Counted from the stretch's first letter, positions 50,951 to 61,724 are shown. The stretch: 64,000 bases of DNA from Candidatus Marinacidobacterales bacterium (GCA_965226495.1 OZ245365.1:5376001-5440000), one strand, 5' to 3'. The notes: generated from the sequence alone by a model not told the origin. A program made the numbers and translations.

Positions 50951-51712
50951 CTAGAAACGGTAAGTCTTCCCCTGCTGGATGAGTTGAATGCGCCGCGGGT
51001 CTATCGCCCGGAGCTGACGTGCGATCCGACTACGGTGAGACGGCTTCACGTGAGTAATCAAGACGCGGATCCGGCGCTTAAACTTGCGCAAGTCCTCCTT
51101 CAGAAGCTCCGGTGTCATGTGACCGCTCATTTCTGCCCTCTCCCTATCCTCGTTGGGAAATGAGGCTTCCGTGATGATCGCCTTGAGGTTCTTCTTCGTA
51201 TTCGCTACTTCCCAAAGCCGGTCGGTAGGGCCGGTGTCGCTCGTATAGATGATGGAGCTCTTGGCATCTTCGATGAGAAAACCCACCGTAGGAGTGATGT
51301 GATTGACAGCGAGCGGGGTAAAGGTGAGCTTGTCGACTTTGAAAGCCTTATCTTCCTCGATCTCTTGAAATCGAATGGTCGGTGTATGGTTGTCAGGGAG
51401 CCGGCTGAAGTCGGGCCAGAGCACATCGTTGAACATGTGCTTCTTCAGGCTGTCCACGACCGGAGCGGTGCCGTAGACCACAGCCGGCTGCTCGATCTTC
51501 CCGTACACGTTATCGGCAAAGAAAGCCAAAGCGCAATTATGATCGAGGTGCGAGTGGCTAATAATGATATGCCTTACCGCGACCTGCTCCTCGAGCGTCA
51601 GGGTCTGGGTCAGGGCGCCAGCATCGATGGCGATGCTGTCATTCAGCAGGAAGCAGGACAAGTGACGTCCCTTAACGCTTCCACCGAAACAACCTAAGAC
51701 CCTGAGCTTCAT
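50951..51712 (-). CDS. Class II 3',5'-cyclic-nucleotide phosphodiesterase (MBL fold)
   Basis: LGCFGG, IDAG, HSHLDH, HMFNDVLWPDF, EASFPN and GHMTP. Confidence 0.88.
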   Translation of the reverse strand: MKLRVLGCFGGSVKGRHLSCFLLNDSIAIDAGALTQTLTLEEQVAVRHIIISHSHLDHNCALAFFADNVYGKIEQPAVVYGTAPVVDSLKKHMFNDVLWPDFSRLPDNHTPTIRFQEIEEDKAFKVDKLTFTPLAVNHITPTVGFLIEDAKSSIIYTSDTGPTDRLWEVANTKKNLKAIITEASFPNEDRERAEMSGHMTPELLKEDLRKFKRRIRVLITHVKPSHRSRIARQLRAIDPRRIQLIQQGKTYRF

Positions 51713-52129
51713 CCCCCCCCACGTGGCATTACGCTAGTACCGTTCCAACTTGTTCTGAATGGCACCCTCGTCGACAGTTTGGCGGCTGGCCGAGCCTAGA
51801 GGCGACCTGGCGTTTCGGGCGACTAGTTGAAACGGCACTAGACGACGCGAAACCAGCTTACCCTGAACAGCGGATAAGGCACGCCGAACACAATGCACTT
51901 GGTCTCCCGATGTACTTACTAACTTCGAAGGGTGGATGATCTGAATGACTATAGCTTTGACCGTTATAGCTTGTCAAGATGGGCGTCTGGCTAGACCCAT
52001 AGCAGCAACTCCGTTTGGTGACGGCCCACAAGCGGCACCATTACATACTGACGCCGAGACGCGGAGCAATGACGCCAAACAGTCTCTAGGTGTTTGACCC
52101 TTCCTCTCACCACTAACTAGGATGATGTC

Positions 52130-52663
52130 ATGACCCAAACCCCGGAGGCAGTGCTGCGGGAGAGCTTCGGGCGGCGGGAGTTTCTCCGCCAGGGAGGGGG
52201 AGGCCTCATGCTGGCGCTCGGGGGAGTGCTTCCCGGATGCAGTAGAACTGGCGGAAGTCAAGGTGGCGGGGACACCTTTTCCAACTCCGAACGTCTTACC
52301 CTGGGTGCGATCTGCGAGCGCCTGCTGCCAGGCGGCGGACGGGCGCCGAGCGCCGGGGCGGTCGATGTCGCCGTAAAAATCGAGGACCTCGTGTCCGGGC
52401 TGGGTCCTCGGGCTGCTACCGACTTCAAGCGCCTGTTGTCACTTTTCGAATGGAGCCCCATTCTCTTCGAAGCAAGGCTCGGCCGATTCTCTACTCTCCC
52501 ACCCGAGACCCAGACCGAAATCATCCGCGGATGGGCCACGAGCCGGCTGGGGTTTCGCCGAACTGGCTTCGTCGCGATCAAACGCGTGGCTATGAGCGTC
52601 TATTACGTGCAGGAGGCAAGCTGGCCGGCCATCGGGTTCCCAGGACCCTGGTTGCAGTCATGA
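52130..52663 (+). CDS. Gluconate 2-dehydrogenase subunit-3-like Tat protein
   Basis: Tat motif GRREFL, possible lipobox LPGC, and C-terminal WPAIGFPGP. Confidence 0.8.
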   Translation: MTQTPEAVLRESFGRREFLRQGGGGLMLALGGVLPGCSRTGGSQGGGDTFSNSERLTLGAICERLLPGGGRAPSAGAVDVAVKIEDLVSGLGPRAATDFKRLLSLFEWSPILFEARLGRFSTLPPETQTEIIRGWATSRLGFRRTGFVAIKRVAMSVYYVQEASWPAIGFPGPWLQS

Positions 52664-54211
52664 GCATCCATCCGAACGTCGTGGACACTTCCGAGGTTCG
52701 AGGCCTGCTCCGCGTCGAGGCGGAGGCGGTGGTCGTGGGATCTGGAGCCGGGGGTGCGGTCTCCGCCAAGGAGCTCGCCGAGGGTGGCGTGGCGGTCGCT
52801 CTTCTCGAAGAGGGTGCCTATCACCAGGCCGAAGACTTCAACCAGCGCGAAGCGGACATGTACCGCCGCCTCTATCGAGATCAAGGTGCCCAATCAACCC
52901 GGGATCTTTCCATCAACATCCTGCAAGGCCGATCGGTCGGCGGAAGCACGGTGATCAATAACTGTATTTGCTTCCGGACTCCGGAGCGAGTCCTGGCCAG
53001 ATGGCGTGACGAGTTCGGGCTGGTCGATCTGAGCTCCGACTCGCTCCGTCCTTACTTCGAGCGAGTCGAACGGACTTTGGGAGTGGTCCCCATCGTCTCC
53101 GCCGAAATCAACGAGAACAACCGTGTCCTGTTGGACGGTTGCGAACGGCTCGGATACCACGCCGCTACGTTTTCTCACAATCGGAGAGACTGTGTCGGTT
53201 GCGGGTACTGCATGCTCGGTTGTCCGTACGACAGGCATTACAGCGTAGACATGAACTACGTACCTCAGGCGCTAGACGCCGGTTGCCGGCTATACACGCG
53301 CTCCCGGGCGGAGGAGATCCTCATCGAAGGAGGCAAGTTAGTTGGTGTGGCCGGATCGGTGCTCGATCCGGTCTCGGGCCAGGTCCAGGCGCGAATAGCA
53401 GTCCGTGCGCCGATAGTCGTCATAGCTGCAGGGGCCATTCACACGCCTGCCCTTCTTCTAACCAATCGAGTCGGCAACCGCTCGGGCCAAGTTGGACAGA
53501 GCCTCGACGCTCCACCCCCTGGTCGCTTCCTTCGAGAAGTTCGACCGCGTGATCGACGGTTTCGTTGGCATCCCGCAATCCGCCTACTGTGACGAGTTCG
53601 AACAATTGGAGGACGGCTCGGACGGTTTCATCATTGAGGGAATCTTCGCCATGCCCGCCTTATTCGCCAGCGTCTCTCCTTCGTTCGGCCGAGAGCACTT
53701 CGACATCATGAGCAGCTACCGACATCTCGCCGGGATGTACGCCATGATCAAAGACCGGGGCCGGGGCACGGTCGGAATCGGCAACGAAGGGCGACCCATC
53801 ATCGACTACGATTTAGGAGAACACGAAAAAAAAGTGATCCGCAGAGGAATCAAGGAAACAGCTCGGATCTTCTTCGCCGCCGGCGCCCGATCCGTCACGA
53901 CCCTACGCTCCGTCCCTCAAACGCTTCGCGGTCCAGACGACCTCGAAAGCGTCGACGACCTGTCCTTGCACCCCAACGAGATGGCTCTCTTCTCCGCCCA
54001 CCCTCAGGGTTCTTGCCGTATGCATGCCGACGGTGAGCAAGGCCCGATCGACAGCTATGGCGAATCGCATGACGTCCCCAATCTCTTTGTAGCCGACGCT
54101 AGCACCTTTCCAACTTCTGTGGGTATCAATCCCCAGATCACGATAATGACCCTGGCAACCCGACAGGCGAACGAGATCCGGCGACGGCTGGGTCGAGCAC
54201 CGTTGGCATGA
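52660..54211 (+). CDS. GMC-family oxidoreductase, with a 1-bp frameshift at about 53506
   Basis: VVGSGAGG, GRSVGGSTVIN and CVGCGYCMLGCP. The other frame carries SAHPQGSCRM and DASTFPTSVGINPQITI. The join reads VGQSLTLHP. Confidence 0.88.
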
Positions 54212-55425
54212 GCGGGATCGCGCTCTACGTCTTGGGAGGTATCAACCTTGGGATCGGCATCTACTCGTTGCTCTCCACTCTCAGCTACTACCGCTACGCG
54301 AAACGATCGCGGCGACAGAATTCGGAGGGCACCTATTGTCCCTCAGTGGCTCTCCTCGTCCCATGCTGCGGAGATGAGGAAGGTCTGGAAGAGAACCTCC
54401 GTGCTTTGATTCGCCAAGACTATGGGGAATTCAAGGTGATCTTCATCGTCGAGGACGTCTCCGATCCGGCGGTGCCTATCATCGAGCTTGTGCTCAGCTC
54501 CGAGAATCGATCGGGGGAGCTCGTTGTGGCCGGTCCCGCAGAGCGGCGCGGTCAGAAGATTCACAATCTCATAGCTGGCTTGGGACGGGCTGGAGACGCG
54601 GAGGTCTTCGCCTTTGCAGACTCGGACGGGCGACCCGACGGGTGTTGGCTCGCCCATTTGGTCTCGCCGCTCCGGGAACCGAAGGTAGGGGTCGCCTCGA
54701 GCTATCGTTTCTACCTCCCTGAACCGGGGTGCCTAGCTTCGGTGTTGCGCTCAACTTGGAATGCAGGGGTGTTGACACTCCTCGGCGATCACGATCGCAA
54801 CTTCGCTTGGGGGGGATCGATGGCGATCCGAAGGAAGATTTTTGAGAAGGCCAAGGTGGAAGATGCTTGGCGAGGAGCCCTTTCCGATGATTACGCTTTG
54901 ACGCACGCCGTGCGACGGGCTGGCTACTATGTGAAGTTCGTGCCTCGCGCTATCGTGGCCTCTCGCGGCCGCGTGAGGATGAGAGAGCTCCTTCGCTGGT
55001 GTGCCCGCCAGATGGCGATTACTCGGGTGTACTGGCCGAATCTCTGGCGCATTGGTGGAGGAAGCCAGGTGGCGTTCGTCGTCTTCCTTATTGGCGGAGG
55101 CATGGCCGCCGCCGCCGGGAGCGTCGAGGTTAGTGTCTTGTTGAGTGCGGTGCTCTTCCTCAGCTGGTTGAGCGGAGGGATTCGTGCCCGCGCAGTCCGG
55201 CTCTTGCTACCAGAATGGAGTTCCCAGCTCCGTCGATACGAGTGGGCCTATGTGCTGCTAGCACCGGTCGCAAGTTTCATCACCGTGTCCGGTTTTCTGA
55301 GCTCGGCTCTGTCGAAGCGCATCGAATGGCGCGGGAAAGTGTATGAAATGCTGTCGCCTAGCGACACGCTCGTTCTGGGCTCGGCCACGCCAAGCGTGGA
55401 GGCAAAGGTGCACAGGATAAGATAA
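54208..55425 (+). CDS. GT2/GT21 (ceramide glucosyltransferase/HpnI-like) glycosyltransferase
   Basis: N-terminal TM, QKIHNL, FADSD, AWGGSMAI, SDDY and RWCARQ. Confidence 0.85.
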   Translation: MSGIALYVLGGINLGIGIYSLLSTLSYYRYAKRSRRQNSEGTYCPSVALLVPCCGDEEGLEENLRALIRQDYGEFKVIFIVEDVSDPAVPIIELVLSSENRSGELVVAGPAERRGQKIHNLIAGLGRAGDAEVFAFADSDGRPDGCWLAHLVSPLREPKVGVASSYRFYLPEPGCLASVLRSTWNAGVLTLLGDHDRNFAWGGSMAIRRKIFEKAKVEDAWRGALSDDYALTHAVRRAGYYVKFVPRAIVASRGRVRMRELLRWCARQMAITRVYWPNLWRIGGGSQVAFVVFLIGGGMAAAAGSVEVSVLLSAVLFLSWLSGGIRARAVRLLLPEWSSQLRRYEWAYVLLAPVASFITVSGFLSSALSKRIEWRGKVYEMLSPSDTLVLGSATPSVEAKVHRIR

Positions 55426-55515
55426 GATCGCGTTCGCAGAAAGCGCGGGCCCGCAGGAAAGCTCCGGGAGTACCACGCGGCAAGGCACCAGGTGCTTTAT
55501 GCAAGAGGTCCTGTC

Positions 55516-56388
55516 ATGAAGCTCGAGAAGATTCTCGTTCCAACAGACTTTTCCGAGACCGCCGACCATGCCTTCAAACAGGCGGTTGCGTTGGCGGTCG
55601 CCCACCAGGCGAAGCTCCACGTCTTTCATAGCATTCTTCTCCACAGTGAAGACCCCGGTCATCTTCAAACCGTCCTGAAGGGTTACGCCGAGCACGTCGA
55701 AAAAGAGGCCCTCGACCTCCTTCAGAAGGCGTCCGGAGAGTTGGAAGGCAAAGGCTTACAAGCGGAGTTCTCCACGTCGCGCGCGGTATCGCCCTACGAA
55801 GCCATCGCCGAAAAAGTGGACGAGTTCGCGCCCGACCTGATCGTAATGGGAACCCACGGCAGGAGCGGAGTTGGAAAACTGCTCTTGGGTAGCGTGGCCG
55901 AAAAAGTATTGCGACATGCCCCATGCAATGTGTTGACGCTCAGGAAGGACGCCGCCATCGCTGGAGAATCGGATGGTCTGCAGCGGGTCTTGATACCGAT
56001 CGATTTTACAGACTTTTCGCGGCGAGCGTTAGAAACGGATCGCACTCTCGTCTCTGACAAAGGCTCTCTTACCGTGGTCCACGTGGTGGCGAGTCCCATC
56101 CATCCCTCTTTCTATGCGGGGGGAATCACCGAGTTCTTCCAGCTCGATCCGGAGTTGCCCAGTCGAATCAAGTCAAATTTGGAAGAGTGGTTGGGGGATC
56201 AACCCGGTGAGATCATCGTCACCGAGGGCGATGCGTCTACTGAGATTTTGAAGACTGCCGAGACGAGTCGTGCGGAGATCATCGTCATGGGAACGCGCGG
56301 ACTGAGCGGTTTAGATCACATACTCATGGGAAGCGTTACCGAACGGGTCGTCCAGACCTCCAAGGTTCCGGTTCTCACCACGAAGTAA
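55516..56388 (+). CDS. Tandem universal stress protein
   Basis: ILVPTDFS...MGTHGRSG...GSVAEKV, present twice. Confidence 0.93.
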   Translation: MKLEKILVPTDFSETADHAFKQAVALAVAHQAKLHVFHSILLHSEDPGHLQTVLKGYAEHVEKEALDLLQKASGELEGKGLQAEFSTSRAVSPYEAIAEKVDEFAPDLIVMGTHGRSGVGKLLLGSVAEKVLRHAPCNVLTLRKDAAIAGESDGLQRVLIPIDFTDFSRRALETDRTLVSDKGSLTVVHVVASPIHPSFYAGGITEFFQLDPELPSRIKSNLEEWLGDQPGEIIVTEGDASTEILKTAETSRAEIIVMGTRGLSGLDHILMGSVTERVVQTSKVPVLTTK

Positions 56389-56519
56389 AACGAGCCGGAG
56401 GCTCCTCGGCCAGCGAGCCTTCAGCTGCCGCGGAGCCGCGAAGTCGGCGTAGCGGCTGGCGGCCGAACGAGGAGTGAGGACGCTACTAACTGCAGCCGGA
56501 AAAAAGTGGGGGACAAAAG

Positions 56520-57356
56520 TTGAACCAAGAAATTCTAAAAATTGGGCACAGCCCGGACCCTGATGACGCCTTCATGTTCTGTGCTCTGGCGCGCCGCGCC
56601 GTACGTATTCGGGACTACGCTATAGAGCACGTGATGGAAGACATTGAAACCTTGAACCAGAGGGCTCTCAACGGAGAGCTGGAAGTGACGGCCATCTCCG
56701 CACACGCCTACATATCTCTGGCGGACCGCTACTGGGTTCTCTCGACCGGAGCAAGTATGGGCGAGGGCTACGGGCCGGTCCTGGTTTCCAAGAAATCGAT
56801 TTCTGCACAAGAGCTCACCGGAAAACGAGTGGCCATTCCTGGAGAGAAAACCACCGCCGCGCTTCTTACGCGGATCTATCTGGGCGAATTCATACCTGTT
56901 GTTCGACCCTTCGACAAGATCTTCGAGACCATCGAATCTGGTGAGGCGGACGCCGGTGTTTTGATCCATGAGGGACAACTTACCTACGCCGCTATGGGCT
57001 ACGAAAAAGTACAAGACTTTGGAGAGAGATGGAACGAGGAGACCGGACTCCCGCTTCCGTTAGGCCTGGATGTGGTGCGGGCCGACTTGGGAAAAGAACT
57101 GGCGACAGAGATCAACGACGCCCTGCGTGCGAGCATCGAGTGGGCGTATGACAACGAGGAAGAAGCTCTCGATTACGCCCTTCAATTCGGACGAGGTTTG
57201 GAGCGAGAAATGGGACGGCGATTCGTCAAGATGTACGTGAGCGATCTCACTCGAGACATGGGAGAACGGGGCCGGCAAGCCCTAGCGACGCTTTTTCAGC
57301 GGGGGGTAGAGGCGGGAGCGATCACGGAAGCCCCGCAGTTGACGATGATTTCCTAG
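56520..57356 (+). CDS. mqnD: 1,4-dihydroxy-6-naphthoate synthase (futalosine pathway)
   Basis: GHSPDPDDAFMF, DIETLN, LIHEGQLTY and LPLPLG. Confidence 0.9.
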   Translation: MNQEILKIGHSPDPDDAFMFCALARRAVRIRDYAIEHVMEDIETLNQRALNGELEVTAISAHAYISLADRYWVLSTGASMGEGYGPVLVSKKSISAQELTGKRVAIPGEKTTAALLTRIYLGEFIPVVRPFDKIFETIESGEADAGVLIHEGQLTYAAMGYEKVQDFGERWNEETGLPLPLGLDVVRADLGKELATEINDALRASIEWAYDNEEEALDYALQFGRGLEREMGRRFVKMYVSDLTRDMGERGRQALATLFQRGVEAGAITEAPQLTMIS

Positions 57357-57384
57357 CGTCCTGCATCAGCAAACTCTTGACGCG

Positions 57385-58161
57385 TCAGCCGCGCGGCGGC
57401 CGGTTCAGTTGGTAGATGATCCGCAACCCCTCCAGGGTGAGTCGCGGATTCACAATGTCGATCTCTTTGACCCATTCCGAGACGACTTCCGCCATCCCGC
57501 CGGTGGCGATGACCTTCGGCTTTCCGCCGAGTTCCTTCTTCAGTCGACTCACCAGCTCTCTTATCAACCCTACATAGCCGAACACCAGCCCCGACTGCAT
57601 CGCGGCGACGGTGTTGCTCCCTATGACGCTACTGGGGGGGACCAATTCGACTTTCGGAAGCTTGGCCGTCCTTCGCACCAATGCGTCGGCAGATATCCCG
57701 AGACCCGGCGCGATGGCACCTCCCAAATACTCTCCCTTTTCCGAAACAGCATCGAAAGTGGTCGCGGTGCCCATATCGAGTACCACCGCCGGGCCACCAT
57801 AGAGCTTGTGCACAGCGGCTGTATTCGCAACACGGTCGCCGCCCGCCTCCGCCGGGTTATCGATGCGAATCTCGACCCCGGTCGCGACTCCTGGTCCGAT
57901 AACCAACGCCCGCTGCCCCAGATAGCGCTCTGCCAAATCCTGAAAAATCGACGTCATGGGTGGAACGACGCTGCTCATGATGACACCGCTTACGTCTTCG
58001 AAATCCAAGTCGGCGCTCGCCAAGAGGGATTTGAGTAGCACCGCGTACTCGTCGGTGAGGTAGTCGAGATGGGTGGTGACTCGCCAATCGGCTTCCCAAT
58101 GACTGTCGCGATAGACGCCAATGCCGGTTTTGGTATTGCCGATATCGAAGACCACCAGCAT
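57385..58161 (-). CDS. coaX: Type III pantothenate kinase
   Basis: DIGNT, SSVVP, GGDR, DMGTATTFD and GGAIAPG. Confidence 0.95.
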   Translation of the reverse strand: MLVVFDIGNTKTGIGVYRDSHWEADWRVTTHLDYLTDEYAVLLKSLLASADLDFEDVSGVIMSSVVPPMTSIFQDLAERYLGQRALVIGPGVATGVEIRIDNPAEAGGDRVANTAAVHKLYGGPAVVLDMGTATTFDAVSEKGEYLGGAIAPGLGISADALVRRTAKLPKVELVPPSSVIGSNTVAAMQSGLVFGYVGLIRELVSRLKKELGGKPKVIATGGMAEVVSEWVKEIDIVNPRLTLEGLRIIYQLNRPPRG

Positions 58162-58336
58162 CGCGCCTTCTCCTGAGGATGAATTTGGTAGAGCATTCTA
58201 ACCCGGACCGGCCGCGAGCACCACCGGAGCTCGAATGGATGGCTCGCGGCTGACTTGCTATTGACTCGCCATTGACTCGATGGATACGCGAAGATAACCT
58301 GCCCGCGAATTCTTTGGAACTCGTGGAGGAAGAGCC

Positions 58337-59731
58337 GTGATAGAAGCCGACCGCTACGCGGAGCAGGAGAAAGGCCTCGAGCGCAAACTGAACGCGTGGC
58401 AACTCGCGATGATCGCGATGGGCGGGGCGATCGGAGTAGGTCTCTTCTTGGGAAGCGGGGCGACCATCGGATTGGCCGGCCCCGGCGTCATTTTGTCCTA
58501 CCTGATCGCAGCCATTCCCGCCGCGATCATGGGATTGGCACTCGCTGAGATGGCGAGTGTCTATCCGGTCGCAGGCTCCTTCGGCGTCTATGCAGACCGA
58601 TACTTGCACCCGTGGGCCGGTTTTGCACTTCGATTGAGCTACTGGTTCGCCCAGACACTCGCCATCGGTGCGTTGGTAACCGCCGGGGGTATCTACTTCG
58701 GCTATTGGTTTCCCTCCGTCCCAACCTGGATTTGGATTCTCACCGCGTCGCTGCTGCTGATCTCCGTCAATGCCGCGAGCGTTCGGTTGTTTGGCGCGAT
58801 CGAATCTCTTCTCTCCATGATCAAGGTTGGAGCCATTTTTGCCTTCATCCTGCTCGGGGGCGCGCTTATTTTCGGCCTCGGATCCCCTGGGCTGGGGTTC
58901 TCTAACCTCACGAGCCACGGTGGCTTCCTCCCCCACGGCTGGTCCGGTGTGTGGCTAGCTTTGACCCTAGTTACGACCAGCTATATCGGAGTCGAGGTGA
59001 TCGCGGTGACGGCGGGCGAGGCGAAGAATCCTGAGGCGTCTGTACCCAAGGCATTACTCGGCATGGTCATCGGGTTGGTCCTTTTGTATGGGGCGGCGAT
59101 CTTGGTCGTGGTAACGGTGACTCCTTGGCCAATCATTTCGGAGACCGGTGGAACTTTGAGCGGCAGTCCCTTCGTGAAAGTGTTTCACGAGATAGGGATT
59201 CCCTACGCGGGCGGGATCATGAACTTCGTAGTTCTCACCGCGGCACTTACGAGCGCCAACACCAACGTCTATCTATGCACCCGCATGTTGTTCTCGCTCT
59301 CCCGTGCCGGTTATGTACCTAAAACGATCGGCGTGGTCGACGATCGCGGAGTGCCACGCAAAGCGCTTCTCGTCTCGGCCACCGGAATGGCGATCGCCGT
59401 GATTCTCGCACTGCGCGGTCAGGCCGCGTTCCTACCTTTGTTCGGAACAGCGGTAGCCACTATGTTCTCCATCTGGATCGTCATTTTCGTGTGTCACATT
59501 CGCTTCCGCCGTGAACTGGATCCGAAAACTTTGGCTGGTTTGCGCCTAAAGATGCCGGCTCACCCGTTTCCCTCTGTCCTCGCCATCCTGTTTTTTGCCG
59601 CGCTGCTCGCGACGACTCCATTCATTCCCGGCCTCGAGTGGACGGTCCCTTTCTTTCTCGTTTGGCTCGGGATTCTAGCAGTGCTCTATCGAGCGATGCG
59701 CGGTGGAGCATCTTCGGCCAGTATAGAATAG
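58337..59731 (+). CDS. APC-superfamily amino acid permease
   Basis: MIAMGGAIGVGLFLGSG, GVEVIAVTAGEAKNP and SPFV. Confidence 0.93.
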   Translation: MIEADRYAEQEKGLERKLNAWQLAMIAMGGAIGVGLFLGSGATIGLAGPGVILSYLIAAIPAAIMGLALAEMASVYPVAGSFGVYADRYLHPWAGFALRLSYWFAQTLAIGALVTAGGIYFGYWFPSVPTWIWILTASLLLISVNAASVRLFGAIESLLSMIKVGAIFAFILLGGALIFGLGSPGLGFSNLTSHGGFLPHGWSGVWLALTLVTTSYIGVEVIAVTAGEAKNPEASVPKALLGMVIGLVLLYGAAILVVVTVTPWPIISETGGTLSGSPFVKVFHEIGIPYAGGIMNFVVLTAALTSANTNVYLCTRMLFSLSRAGYVPKTIGVVDDRGVPRKALLVSATGMAIAVILALRGQAAFLPLFGTAVATMFSIWIVIFVCHIRFRRELDPKTLAGLRLKMPAHPFPSVLAILFFAALLATTPFIPGLEWTVPFFLVWLGILAVLYRAMRGGASSASIE

Positions 59732-59734
59732 GCC

Positions 59735-60712
59735 ATGGAATACTTCCCTCTCGGCCGGACCGGACTCAAGATCTCACGGCTCGGTCTAGGCTGCGGTAGC
59801 TTCGGTGGTCTCGGCTCGGATCCCAGGTTTTTCGGCATGGGGCAAAGCGAGGCCGAGGCGTTCGCGCTGATGGATAGTGCCGACGAAATGGGAATCAATT
59901 TCTTCGACACTGCCGACTCTTATGGCGGCGGTCGAAGTGAGTCGATCATCGGGAGATGGTTCAAGACGAAGTCGTCAGAAGTACGGCAGCAGATTCTGGT
60001 GAGCTCCAAAGTCTTCAACCCCATTGGCGACGGTCCCAACGATCGCGGCCTTTCCCGTCGGCACATCTTGCGTCAGGTGGACTCGAGCCTCAAGCGCCTC
60101 GGCGTCGAACGGTTGGACTTGTATCTAGCGCACGAGGTGGACGCTGAGACTCCGCTGGAAGAAACGCTGCGCGCCTTCGATGACGTCATTCGCCAAGGAA
60201 AGGCCCACTACATAGGTGCGAGCAACTGGGAGGCGTGGCGCCTGGCGCGAGCTCTTTGGGTCAGTGACAAGCTCGGCATAGCTAGCTTCTCTTGGATCCA
60301 AAACTCTTACAATCTGCTGGAACAAGAACTAGAGTACGAGATGCTGCCACTGTGCCATGACCAAGGACTGGGCTTCACCCCCTATAGCTCCCTCGGCGGT
60401 GGATGGCTCACCGGAAAATATGAAGCGGGCAAGAACTACCCCGCCGGCTCACGAATGACGATGCGTCCAGAACCCTATCAACACTTGATACAGGAGAAGA
60501 CCTTTCGAGGTGTCGGTGCCTTTCGCAAGGCGGCAACGTCTCGCGGTATCGACATGGCCACTCTGGCCTTCGCATGGGTTCTGAGTCACCCACAAACGAA
60601 CGCCGTCATCATCGGCCCCCGAAGGCCGGAGCATTTCGAGCTTGCTGAGAAGGCGCTCCGCATCCCCCTTACAGCGATCGAGCGCGCCGAACTAGCGGCA
60701 CTATTCAGGTAG
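59735..60712 (+). CDS. Aldo/keto reductase
   Basis: LGRTGLKIS, FFDTADSY, LDLYLAH and IGASN. Confidence 0.93.
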   Translation: MEYFPLGRTGLKISRLGLGCGSFGGLGSDPRFFGMGQSEAEAFALMDSADEMGINFFDTADSYGGGRSESIIGRWFKTKSSEVRQQILVSSKVFNPIGDGPNDRGLSRRHILRQVDSSLKRLGVERLDLYLAHEVDAETPLEETLRAFDDVIRQGKAHYIGASNWEAWRLARALWVSDKLGIASFSWIQNSYNLLEQELEYEMLPLCHDQGLGFTPYSSLGGGWLTGKYEAGKNYPAGSRMTMRPEPYQHLIQEKTFRGVGAFRKAATSRGIDMATLAFAWVLSHPQTNAVIIGPRRPEHFELAEKALRIPLTAIERAELAALFR

Positions 60713-60722
60713 GTGAAGATTA

Positions 60723-61709
60723 ATGGATGTCATCGCGTTGAACCACGCCGAAGTCGAGAGGCTGTTGCCTATGGGGGAGTGTATCGAAGCGATGGAAAGC
60801 GCCTTGGCCGCGCTCGCCCGAGGTGAGGTCTACAACCCTCTCCGTTCGGTCGTCCGCGCTCCGGACGCCAAGGGCCTGATGGGTTTGATGCCCGCCTACC
60901 GGGGCGGCGACGAGGCTGCGTACGGTCTCAAAGCAGTTTGTGTCTACCCGGGAAACGCCGAGCGAGGGCTCGACCTGCATCAAGGTGCCGTCTTGCTCTT
61001 CAGCGCGGAGACCGGCGAGCTCCAGGCGGTCCTCAACGCGTCTGCAGTGACGGCCATTCGCACCGCCGCGGTCTCCGCGGTGGCGACAAAGTTACTAGCA
61101 CGCGAGGATGCACGTGAGCTCGCATTGGTCGGGGCAGGCATTCAAGCCAGGTCTCATCTCGAAGCCATGGCTGAGGTGCGAAACTTCCAAAGAGTACGGG
61201 TCGCCAGCCGCCGACCGGAAAGAGCACGCGAGTTCGCCGACTCGGTGCGAGGAAGTTTCCCCTTCACCATCGAGCCAGTATCCAGCAACGAACAAGCGGT
61301 TCGCGATGCGGATGTGATCACCACCGTGACCAGTGCACGGGAGCCGGTTATCAAAAGAGCCTGGATAGCACCGGGTACCCATATCAACGCCGTCGGATCG
61401 AGCACGCCGGAGTCCCGCGAGCTGGATACGGCGACGATCGCCGACTCGGCTCTTTTCGTTGATCGCCGCGAGTCCACCCTCAATGAAGCAGGGGAATATC
61501 GCTTGGCGGAAAAAGAAGGAGCGATCGGCCCCGATCACATCAGGGCAGAGCTCGGCGAGCTTCTAATCGGCGAGAAGACCGGCCGCTCGACGCCGGAAGA
61601 GATCACCCTCTTCCGTTCACTCGGGCTGGCCATTGAAGACTTAGTCGCCGCGCAGCACGCCTATCGTCGCGCCATAGAGACCGGAGCCGGCACGCGGATT
61701 CCTTTCTGA
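60723..61709 (+). CDS. Ornithine cyclodeaminase/mu-crystallin (imine reductase) family protein
   Basis: LMPA, TAIRTAAVSAVA, GAGIQA, GTHINAVG and FRSLGLAIED. Confidence 0.92.
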   Translation: MDVIALNHAEVERLLPMGECIEAMESALAALARGEVYNPLRSVVRAPDAKGLMGLMPAYRGGDEAAYGLKAVCVYPGNAERGLDLHQGAVLLFSAETGELQAVLNASAVTAIRTAAVSAVATKLLAREDARELALVGAGIQARSHLEAMAEVRNFQRVRVASRRPERAREFADSVRGSFPFTIEPVSSNEQAVRDADVITTVTSAREPVIKRAWIAPGTHINAVGSSTPESRELDTATIADSALFVDRRESTLNEAGEYRLAEKEGAIGPDHIRAELGELLIGEKTGRSTPEEITLFRSLGLAIEDLVAAQHAYRRAIETGAGTRIPF

Positions 61710-61724
61710 CGAGTCTCGCCCGAC

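Noticed and set aside
51810-51890. Loose resemblance to a c-di-GMP-I riboswitch (GGGCGAC...GAAA...GACGCGAAACC) near the phosphodiesterase
   Set aside because: The core deviates from GGCAAA/GACGCAAA, the second stem is unconvincing, and it is antisense to the PDE gene. An Rfam cmscan would be needed.
57857-58936. 359-aa antisense ORF and many similar short ORFs in the track
   Set aside because: These are shadow ORFs of well-supported genes in GC-rich DNA and carry no recognisable motifs.
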